Assembly (NCBI GenBank): GCA_946965045.2
Contig: OX337234.1
Span: 2,914,001-2,978,000, forward strand
Source of the DNA: Epithemia pelagica
Taxonomy: Eukaryota; Protista; Bacillariophyta
DNA: 64,000 nucleotides
Reading direction: 5' to 3'
Shown here: one piece after another, positions 32,164 through 40,689 of the stretch
How positions within the stretch are numbered: the stretch's first letter is position 1
Layout of the letters: every line of letters begins with the position of its first letter
Notes under the pieces: generated by a model
What the model was told of the DNA's origin: nothing
Database searches by the model: none
What the model saw: only the letters and a program-made list of their open reading frames with translations
Position numbers and translations under genes: made by a program

Positions 32164-35100
32164 GTAGAAGCCAAAGAGGCGAGGAAGAAAGATGAAGAAG
32201 GAAAAGACCTGGAGGGGCTCAGCAGAAGAGAGCAGTTCAAGGAAACGCCCATCACGGAGACCTACTCGTCTTGGATCAGGAGGCAAGTATCCCTGACTCC
32301 CGGGAACTTGCGTTTGGGAATTGTATCCGACGGGTTGCCGGCGTGGTTGTTTCTGACGGACAACTTGACCAACTGTCAGCTCCAATGGTTGACGCTTCCT
32401 GACAACCAGCAGCATTGGGAGAACTTAGTTCCCAAGAACACTGAAATACGGTGGCTAAGCACGCAACCTCCCACCAAGACAGACGCACATTCTATTGAAG
32501 ATGTGGTCATGGAACTGCCGGCTTGCGATGTTGTTGTGTTTGAAGGAAAGTATCGACCACCCAGAGCCAGCTCAGAATTCTGGAAACGTTCCACTCAAGT
32601 CGTCTTGGCACAACGCTCTCTCAGAGGCAAATCCCCAAGCAATTGGGCAGCGTCGTCACGAGCGCTTAACCATGCACAATTGGGAGGGGTGACCAACTGG
32701 AGTTGTCAATTTCATGTTTGGACGAGAAAGGACAGCGAATCGGTTTCAGCAGCGACCTTTTGGGAGGAAGAAATCTTGCAAGGCACTGATAGTTCATTCG
32801 AAGATTTGCTCGACAAGAAACAGACAGGCAAACGAGTTCGAGAGGATATTGAACCATCGTCTGAGACCAACAAAAATCAAGTGGACTGTGAAACTATCCT
32901 GAAGAAAAGAAAGAAGTTGTGGACACTACCAACAGTGTTCGGGTCCATGAGGACCAAGCGGCGTTTGACAGTGTCGGAAGTCTCGTTTTGCTTGGATGTT
33001 CCTTCTTCCTTAGCGAAAACGATGAATGAATCCACAAGTGAGGTGGTGGTGAGGGAATTGACAAGCCCCATCAAGGTTGCTGCGGCAATCGGCGCCTGCC
33101 TTGTAGAGTGGACGAAAAAACGGGATCGCACCAATGAGGAAGAGGACGACGGGTATAAATTGCCGAGTATCAAGCGAAGTCGTCTCTCAGCCGAAATGAC
33201 GACAAACCAACAGAAGAGCGAGTTGAACGCCGGAACTGTCGATCCAGTTGCAAGTATCGACAATGCATCATCCATGAGCAGGGGGCTGTTTCGAAGAGAC
33301 AGGTTGAACGACTATCGTCGCCCCAAGGACACGGGGGTCGATACCACCTCAGAGAAGGCCGTCAAGCACGACAAAGCAGCGGTCCCAGTCGACTTGTGGG
33401 ACGACCGGGTGAGGTATTTGTTGGGTCACACTCGTCTTCAAGACAACCATCGAAGAGCATTCGCCATTCTGCGATCAGCCATGCTGCGTCGCTGGAAAAG
33501 GAATGCCATCCGCTCGTGGGTTGATTGGTGGAACAAACATAGCGATAATATCAAATATAATGAACCTCGCTGGTGGAAAGTCTTGCATGAGCGAGGATGG
33601 CAAGCGTGTCGTCAAGCATTCCAAGCTGATTTCTGGAGTTGGCCCGCAGGATCAGGTGTCTTTTTCTGGCGATGGCCTCAAGAATACATCAGAGATGTGG
33701 CTCTCGGCGTCCCACCCCTCTGGACTGGGGTGCCTCGCCAGATTTTGGAGCCACAGCAAGGTTTGGGAGACGAAGAGACCATTACAAAGATCAAGGAAAA
33801 GCTTGACGACGTTCGTCTAAAGAAGTATGTGGGGCCGGGTCAATGGAAAGCCACCAGGAACTATTTCGCGGTCCCAAAGGGTGAAACAGATATTATAATG
33901 GTTTATGATGGCACCAAGAGTGGATTGAATGATTGTTTATACGCACCTTGGTTCCCTCTTCCGGATGCAGACGTGTTAGTTCGCACCTTGGACGATTCGT
34001 ACTGGTGCGTTGATAATGATTATGGGGAAATGTTCCTAAATTTTTGGATCCACCCCGGACTCCAAGAATTTAGTGGGATGGATCTCACGCCTCTATTCGG
34101 AGAAACAGAGACAGGCGAACTGTACATCGAAGGATGGTATAGATGTCCCATGGGACAAAGTCCTTCGCCATTCAATACCGTCCAGCAGACAAGGCGACTC
34201 AAGCGCGTCATGATGGGCGACCCAGGTGACGAAGAAAACGTGTTTCGGTGGTCGTCGGTACGAGTGAATCTACCAGGAACTGTGGACTACCAGCCCGGTG
34301 TGCTGTGGATAGCTAAGTATCGATCGACTGGAGAATTGGCAGCTGATGCCCATGATTATGTGGACGACTTGAGAGGAACGGGACCTACGGCCGAAGATGC
34401 ATGGCAAGTGAGTTTGCAAATTGCCAAAACAGCGTCGTTCCATGGCGTGCAAGACGCCGCCCGAAAACGACGAGAACAAACCCAGAGTCCAGGGGCGTGG
34501 GCAGGTGTAGTGTGTGGAACAGAACCACGCCGACCCTACAAAACCGTGTCCCAAGAAAAATGGGAAAAGACTAAGAAAGAAGTGGGACGTCTACGAGAAG
34601 AAATGGATCAGTTAGCTACAGCAACCCCGAAAAACACTATGAACAGTAAGACGCTTGAACAGGTGGCAGGTTTTCTCAACCATGTGGGACGAGCTTTCCC
34701 TGTTATCAGAATATATCTAAATGGCGTTTATGCCACGCTGAACAGCTGGCGACCGGATCGCGATGATGAGGGGTGGAAGATTGGATCAGACATGTTGCAT
34801 CTACAAGATCCCCTGGGCCTTGAAACTCCGAAGCGAGTTCGGATGGTCCCTCGAATGCGTTTTGACATTGAAGCCCTGGAATCCTTGACCACCGCGTCAT
34901 CACCACCACGGCGCATGTTAAGACCAGACAAACAAGGAGCCACCGCGCGCTATTTCTTTGGAGATGCATCAGGAGCTGGCTTTGGAATGTCGGGCTGGAC
35001 TCCTGGTGATCATCAAGTTGAGGTTGATTTTGGAGCATGGGACCCAAAAGCAATGCAAGGATCTTCATCCAATTTCAGAGAGCTTGCAAACATTGTGATG

Positions 35101-35967
35101 AAGATAGAACAATTGTCGGAGGAGGATCGTCTTAACTCATTGGCGGAAGTCTTTATCTTCACCGACAACATGCACGCGGAATCTGCCTTTTACCGTGGCA
35201 CAGCCAAGTTACCGGAAGTGTTGAGTCTCATGTTCCGTCTTCATCGTGTGTTGATGAAAGGAGAGGCCTTTATACACGTTGTATGGGTGGCGGGTAAAAG
35301 GATGATCACGCAAGGGACCGATGGTTTGTCAAGATCAGATCTGACGAGTGGGGTAATGCGTGGGGATGCGATGCTTGATTTCGTCCCATTACACCTCACC
35401 GCCGACCAAAGACAGCCAAGAGTCATCTCGTCTTTACTTCGTCGCTTGGTAGACGATACGGATCAAGTGCACGTATTAAAGATGAACGATTGGTTCTCAA
35501 AACCAACAGATAACGACGGAGTTTTCGTGTGGCTTCCACCTCCCTGTCTAGCCGATGTAGCGGTCTTCACGATGGCCGAGGCTTGGCATGTACGGCCGTG
35601 GAACACGCACATTTTCATCGCACCTTCACTGATGAGCGGACGGTGGCGACGGATGTTGGCTAAAGCATCCGACATGTTTTGTGTTTTGCCCTTCGAGAAT
35701 ACGATTTGGCCGAAAGAGTTAGAACACGAACCGCTAACGATTGCCTTCGCCTTTCCTCTTCTAAACAGAAATCCTTGGAGAGTTAAATTCACGGAGCTTC
35801 TCCGTGATGACCGAGATGTGTTGCGTCAGATGCACCGGAAATCTTTCGCACACGCGCGGGATTATTTGCGCAAACTATGGATATGCGCGCGGGCACTGGA
35901 AGCCATGCCTGGGGGCATATCATGCTCACTGCTATGTAGTTCCAGGAGACCAAGACCCGTTCCCTAG
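32164..35967 (+). CDS. Pol ORF: degenerate C5-DNA-methyltransferase-like domain, then RT, RNase H and a DIRS Dam-like domain
   Basis: RT motifs DNDYGEMFLNF, PMGQSPSP and DYVDDLRG (~34357). RNase H motifs FGDASG, SSNFRELAN, IFTDN and GTDGLSR. C-terminal VWLPPP..IFIAP. The frame is open from 32164, directly after the gag TGA. Confidence 0.88.
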   Translation, partial: VEAKEARKKDEEGKDLEGLSRREQFKETPITETYSSWIRRQVSLTPGNLRLGIVSDGLPAWLFLTDNLTNCQLQWLTLPDNQQHWENLVPKNTEIRWLSTQPPTKTDAHSIEDVVMELPACDVVVFEGKYRPPRASSEFWKRSTQVVLAQRSLRGKSPSNWAASSRALNHAQLGGVTNWSCQFHVWTRKDSESVSAATFWEEEILQGTDSSFEDLLDKKQTGKRVREDIEPSSETNKNQVDCETILKKRKKLWTLPTVFGSMRTKRRLTVSEVSFCLDVPSSLAKTMNESTSEVVVRELTSPIKVAAAIGACLVEWTKKRDRTNEEEDDGYKLPSIKRSRLSAEMTTNQQKSELNAGTVDPVASIDNASSMSRGLFRRDRLNDYRRPKDTGVDTTSEKAVKHDKAAVPVDLWDDRVRYLLGHTRLQDNHRRAFAILRSAMLRRWKRNAIRSWVDWWNKHSDNIKYNEPRWWKVLHERGWQACRQAFQADFWSWPAGSGVFFWRWPQEYIRDVALGVPPLWTGVPRQILEPQQGLGDEETITKIKEKLDDVRLKKYVGPGQWKATRNYFAVPKGETDIIMVYDGTKSGLNDCLYAPWFPLPDADVLVRTLDDSYWCVDNDYGEMFLNFWIHPGLQEFSGMDLTPLFGETETGELYIEGWYRCPMGQSPSPFNTVQQTRRLKRVMMGDPGDEENVFRWSSVRVNLPGTVDYQPGVLWIAKYRSTGELAADAHDYVDDLRGTGPTAEDAWQVSLQIAKTASFHGVQDAARKRREQTQSPGAWAGVVCGTEPRRPYKTVSQEKWEKTKKEVGRLREEMDQLATATPKNTMNSKTLEQVAGFLNHVGRAFPVIRIYLNGVYATLNSWRPDRDDEGWKIGSDMLHLQDPLGLETPKRVRMVPRMRFDIEALESLTTASSPPRRMLRPDKQGATARYFFGDASGAGFGMSGWTPGDHQVEVDFGAWDPKAMQGSSSNFRELANIVMKIEQLSEEDRLNSLAEVFIFTDNMHAESAFYRGTAKLPEVLSLMFRLHRVLMKGEAFIHVVWVAGKRMITQGTDGLSRSDLTSGVMRGDAMLDFVPLHLTADQRQPRVISSLLRRLVDDTDQVHVLKMNDWFSKPTDNDGVFVWLPPPCLADVAVFTMAEAWHVRPWNTHIFIAPSLMSGRWRRMLAKASDMFCVLPFENTIWPKELEHEPLTIAFAFPLLNRNPWRVKFTELLRDDRDVLRQMHRKSFAHARDYLRKLWICARALEAMPGGISCSLLCSSRRPRPVP

Positions 35968-37348
35968 AGACCTCAAACCTAAACAGTTCGAGATAGACGA
36001 GAATGGAAAGTTGGTTGAAGAAGACGAGGGATGGGAAACGACTATGGCAGAAAAGAAAGTACTGGATGCATGGTTCTGTCACGCTCGGCCAGGAGATCAC
36101 CTGATAACCCCTTTTCAATGTGAACTCTGCCATTTCAGGAACGTGTTTAAAAGAGATCCTAACATAGAGAGCGAAGAAGACAAGTGGGCGTTAAAGTGCA
36201 TTATACGCGCAAATCTAGACGCCTTCTGGGCCAGACGCACGAGTACCGTTCAAGGCAACACTCGGGAGATGGCTCGGTCAATGAGAATCCTGGAATCATT
36301 GCGAATTGCATCACCAACTTCCATCCATCGGCGAGGACCTTACCCCATTGAAGATGTGATGGGGATGATCCCGGCTATGATCTCGCTCCAGCGATCCTTG
36401 GACAAAGGACGCAATTCCAAGACCATCCATTGGGATACAATGAGAGGCGTACGGTCCACCTTCTCCAATTTCATTCACACGACTGTATCAGGAAGTCGAG
36501 GAGCGATGTTGAGCGATGGAAGAAGATCAACGCAAATTACGGAGGTTGTAGCCAATTCCTTGTGGTTTAAGCGATTCATGGACGGCTGCCATGAGAGAAT
36601 GGGTGACGTCAAAATCCAAGATGCGGCGATGTCCATAGAGTTACTTCTCGAGTTGGAGAGAATGCTTGAGTTGCAATACCAACAACTGAAAGAGAACAAT
36701 GGCGACAAATCGCTGTTTGAAGTTGTTACTTTGGGAGCTTCGCTCGTACTCGGATTTTCGAGCGCATTGCGAGGAGAAGAACTTGCACACATTCGCCTGA
36801 TGGAAACAATGGAATATACCAAGAGGGGCATAACACATCCAAAGTACCCGCACGTGTTATTAGCTCTGGAGGGGCGTTTCAAAGGACTCATTGCAAGACA
36901 AAAGCACAAGATACCGTTGGTAGAGACAACTCGCTCTGGAATCGCCAATAAGAAATGGTTGCTCCGGTTGTTTGCAGCATACGAGAAGTCAGGAGCGAGA
37001 TATGGACCATTGTTTCGTTCATCGCCTCGCGGAGAAAGAGCTGTGAGCATTCAACAATTGGACTTGTGGCTGCATGAACTGTTGATTGGATGTCAGAAAC
37101 AACACCCGGAACTATTGGGTAATGACATTGACTCGTTGTCCACTTACAGCTTTCGACGGTCTCTGCGAAGTGGCTCCACCACTCAAGCACGAAATCAAAA
37201 GGTACCCAAAGATGTGGTGGTACTCAACAACCGATGGCGGTCACAGGAACAGGCACGGTCAAGAGAAGCTCAGTCAGACATGATCGATTTGTATACTGAT
37301 GTCGTTGCGGCCCTCGCAACTCTATTACAATATTCAGAAGCTTTGTAA
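35804..37348 (+). CDS. Tyrosine recombinase (ORF3), 514 aa, overlapping the end of pol in another frame
   Basis: Catalytic-type motifs SALRGEE (R), GRFKG (K), YSFRRSLRSG (HxxR-equivalent), NRW and DLY (Tyr); N-terminal Cys/His motifs including PFQCELCHFRN. Confidence 0.88.
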   Translation: MMTEMCCVRCTGNLSHTRGIICANYGYARGHWKPCLGAYHAHCYVVPGDQDPFPRDLKPKQFEIDENGKLVEEDEGWETTMAEKKVLDAWFCHARPGDHLITPFQCELCHFRNVFKRDPNIESEEDKWALKCIIRANLDAFWARRTSTVQGNTREMARSMRILESLRIASPTSIHRRGPYPIEDVMGMIPAMISLQRSLDKGRNSKTIHWDTMRGVRSTFSNFIHTTVSGSRGAMLSDGRRSTQITEVVANSLWFKRFMDGCHERMGDVKIQDAAMSIELLLELERMLELQYQQLKENNGDKSLFEVVTLGASLVLGFSSALRGEELAHIRLMETMEYTKRGITHPKYPHVLLALEGRFKGLIARQKHKIPLVETTRSGIANKKWLLRLFAAYEKSGARYGPLFRSSPRGERAVSIQQLDLWLHELLIGCQKQHPELLGNDIDSLSTYSFRRSLRSGSTTQARNQKVPKDVVVLNNRWRSQEQARSREAQSDMIDLYTDVVAALATLLQYSEAL

Positions 37349-38031
37349 CAAAAGCAGAGAAGATTTCAAGGACGATATGGAGGGGGAAAGGATTGTACAC
37401 ATACGTGCACTCTGTCGTTTGCGAACTCACTGATGGAATAAGATGGGGTTCGAAGCTATTGGAGTTCCATGCTATTCTCACCTTGGCCGGGGGAATTGAC
37501 TTGGACGGCTTAAGCGGAGGTTCGCCCCGCGTGCTGACTCGGGACTAAACTCTTGAGGACTACCGGCTTCGGGACTCCGACGATTCTTCAGGGGGTAAGA
37601 GTTGGACTGGCCTTGACAGCGGCAGTACAGCGTCGATCTTGGTATCCATTCACACTTTGATGTTTTTGGATGCCGCTCCACTGGGAAGGAGTTCCCCTTA
37701 CCGTAATACAGCATAATCTAGACGATTATGACTGTTACTACCCAGCGTCATTCCACGACTCCAAGCCACGTTCGACCCTGTGTCAAAGGAAAGAATGCAG
37801 TTTACCTGGAAGAAATGAAAGTGCCATTATTTTGATATGCCATTCACCTATGTAACTTCTCATCCAACAGGCTTTCTTCTCCTTTACCGTTCTCACCGAA
37901 CATTTTTCATCGTGATATTTGATGTGTGCAGTGTGGGGCGGAAATGCTTGTTGGTACGGCTTCTACGGGGGCGCGCGAGCCTGATTTTGCGGAAATAAGC
38001 ACCAATGGCAAAAAATCGATGTACATTTGGT

Positions 38032-38056
38032 GGTGCTTAACTAACGCAATTTACGG
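38032..38056 (-). repeat. Right terminal inverted repeat (25 bp)
   Basis: Perfect inverted match to 24942-24966. Confidence 0.95.
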
Positions 38057-38062
38057 TAGGTA

Positions 38063-38556
38063 GTTTGAGATTTGTTTTTCAGAGTAGGTAGATAAGGTTA
38101 ATACCTCTTGGGAATGAAACGCGCGCTATAATGTTTGCACCGTGTTTACATCGGGTTCAATACAACACTGCATTTTCTTCTTGGTCAAAAATATTGATGG
38201 TATGCGATTTAGTCTTACACTCTCCGCGTTCTCGCTATCGCTTTCCGAGACGACAGCCTCTTCACGATAGCATTGTTCTTACCCGATTCTCATGAGAAAG
38301 CAGGCGTTTAGTATCCTTCGTTCGCAGCCATTCACGAGAGAACAAGTCATGTGGAGTCGAGGAGTATAACCATAGATTGACTTTGTAGGCTCATGTGTCG
38401 TTCGACCATCTGGAAAGAAATGACTGGAACAACTGTGTATGCTTCAAAAGCTGCTTAATCCATCACGCCCCAACTTTGAAAACAGCCGTTCTGGTTGTTG
38501 TATTTCCTCGCAAATGAAGACCCTTGTTATTATCCTTGATGGCTTGAATCTTGTCT
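38063..38556 (-). pseudogene. Duplicated, frameshifted copy of the 3' exons of the 22.8-24.7 kb gene (copy B)
   Basis: Colinear with 22673-23229. Deletions of about 2 nt and about 8 nt relative to copy A break the last-exon frame. Confidence 0.7.
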
Positions 38557-39806
38557 CTGTAAAAGGGAACATTGTACTCTTGTGGATTTTTCTTGGACCA
38601 AAAGATATCGTACAGGTCCATGCGGGGCGATCGACTCCCATGTCGTATCCACGTGGTTTCCCATGTTTGGGGATCCAGTTTCACAAAGGCACCCAGTGGT
38701 TCCGACCACTGGTAGGGGGACAAGGAATTTTGGGCCAACACGTCAAAAATATGGTCACGAATCTCATATCCACAGAGTTTGAGCCGTTGCCACGACCATT
38801 CAATGGATACATAGTGAATGGCGTGTTGACGCAAAAATTGTAACCCACCGGCCAATGCGGTGCATTCAAAACCCTCCACGTCAACCTTGAGAACGATTGG
38901 ACGGGAGCTGTGAGACGGAATATAGTCCAGGAGTCGATCCAATGGAATTCCCAGGGCATAGTCGTGGCCTTGTTTGAGTTGGTGGTCGTCGATCGTGGTT
39001 TTCCCTCGCTGGTCCCACTCTTGAACCGCAAAGGCACCCAAGTTTCTCTTGGCAGATTGCGTTTTGATTTCGACAACCGTGTCGGTCGCCGTGACAGCTC
39101 GACGAAACAATGTAATGGAATTGTTGTTCTGCTTGATTTCAGTCGGGGAGCCAAACACTTTTGGGTTGGCCATTAGTGTTTGGCAAATGCGTTGATAGTT
39201 TTGTGGTACTGGTTCAAAGGCAAAGACACTGTGACCCTTGGCAGCCGCTGTCAAGGCATACATTCCAATATTGCTACCCAAATCAATCAAGATGGAGTTG
39301 GAGTGTTCTTGGAGTGCCGCCATGGACAATTGCAAGGCTCCGCATTCAAAGCATCCCTCCTTGGCAATACTTGCCGAAATATACCGGTCGACGGCTGGAT
39401 CATGAATGCTCATGAGAAAGGATGGATCAGTGGACGTGGCAATCATTTGTCCCGAGGATGAGAGTTCTGGTGACGATTCAATCGTGGCACAATCGATCAC
39501 TCCATCATCGATAACCATTGTCGTGGATGCATTCGTGTCCAATTGGACTGGTTGTTGGTCCTCGACAGTATCAAAACGTTGACGAATGAATGGACCATTT
39601 TCAACCCCCATCTGTTTGCTTTGGAGAATAAGATTCATGAGCCACATGGTTGTGGTGAGGACAAGAAGAACCAGAAGTATCACCGACAACTTGTAGGGTG
39701 TGGAATGGACCTGTCGTTTTCGAACGGTTGTACTGTGGATGGCGTTTGTGGCTGCAGGAGTTCTCTCTCTTAGAACCTTGTTACGTTTCATACGGATTCG
39801 AGCCAT
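38463..39806 (-). CDS. FkbM-family SAM-dependent methyltransferase, type II membrane topology
   Basis: N-terminal TM segment LSVILLVLLVLTTTMWLM; IDLGSNIGMY, VFAFEPVPQNY and LKVDVEGFECTALAG. Confidence 0.9.
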   Translation of the reverse strand: MARIRMKRNKVLRERTPAATNAIHSTTVRKRQVHSTPYKLSVILLVLLVLTTTMWLMNLILQSKQMGVENGPFIRQRFDTVEDQQPVQLDTNASTTMVIDDGVIDCATIESSPELSSSGQMIATSTDPSFLMSIHDPAVDRYISASIAKEGCFECGALQLSMAALQEHSNSILIDLGSNIGMYALTAAAKGHSVFAFEPVPQNYQRICQTLMANPKVFGSPTEIKQNNNSITLFRRAVTATDTVVEIKTQSAKRNLGAFAVQEWDQRGKTTIDDHQLKQGHDYALGIPLDRLLDYIPSHSSRPIVLKVDVEGFECTALAGGLQFLRQHAIHYVSIEWSWQRLKLCGYEIRDHIFDVLAQNSLSPYQWSEPLGAFVKLDPQTWETTWIRHGSRSPRMDLYDIFWSKKNPQEYNVPFYRDKIQAIKDNNKGLHLRGNTTTRTAVFKVGA

Positions 39807-40689
39807 TCTGAGCTTTGAAATGGTTTCAGCACCTTTTTGTTTGAGACAAAAAGAAAGAGGGCTGCAAGGAGCTCAGATTCAAGATCTTTTCATCTAGAGA
39901 TCTCGACGAAAGAAACAGTGGATCAAGAAAATGTGTGGGCGGAAGCATCGTCTGGCGTGCTCGCCAAACTTTTATGCGACCTATACATGACTGAAAAAAC
40001 TAGCACGCCTATGACTCGTAGTGTAGTAGTGTAGTGTCTAGCTGCAGCAACTCATTTTTTCTGTATTCTAGTAGAAGGTGCATGAAAGTATGCACGAGGT
40101 AATCTACTCCGTACAAACATGTTACCATTCTCCAAGACGGTGACAGCTTCGTCCAACACAGAAGGACTGTTACTCTTGTGTGCCGTCGAAAATCAAATCG
40201 TGCCGGGAAGGCAATGGGAAAAATTGTCGTCGTGACATTCATGTTCTAGACAAAAACTGGCATTTGTTTATCGGGCCTCAACGTCGACCATAGGTAGTAA
40301 AGGCTCTACCACTCATTCATTCCCAAAACATACCAGCGAGCTTTGGGAATGACGCCGAGATCATGATCACAATGCACACTCCATTGGAGGAGGTACAACA
40401 GGCGTGGATTCTATCACGCTTTGGTGCGTTTGCTCTTTAGAACAGCTGTATTCCATACCCCCAACTCGACATGTTCATACTCTGTTGGAGGGGTGAATCG
40501 CAGTAGCACCTCAAGACAAGGAGCTGGGAGAAAAGACCATGAGATTGCCACACGTCGCACGGCGGTTGCACGTGCCACAACCAAAACTGTCACAACAAAC
40601 GAATCCAGTCTCCGCGAATCCGCCGCGAATCTGCCACAAATAACTCTGTTGCGATTATGGCCGTCATTGTGGGAGGATCCACCCGGTTG

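Larger units (their letters stand above)
28957..38019 (+). mobile_element. Tyrosine-recombinase (DIRS-like) retrotransposon nested in the right end of the piggyBac-like element
   Basis: Order gag - RT/RNaseH - YR. It is bounded by the direct repeat tgtacatttg (28947-28956 and 38020-38029). Removing it restores a right end that mirrors the left end of the DNA transposon. Exact boundaries are inferred. Confidence 0.78.
24942..38056 (+). mobile_element. piggyBac-like DNA transposon (13.1 kb including the nested YR retroelement) with 25-bp perfect TIRs and TA on both flanks
   Basis: Left ccgtaaattgcgttagttaagcacc (24942-24966) is the exact reverse complement of ggtgcttaactaacgcaatttacgg (38032-38056). 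TA at 24940-41 and 38057-58. The element contains a DDD transposase. Joined, the flanks match the paralogous uninterrupted sequence at about 22650-22720. Confidence 0.88.
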
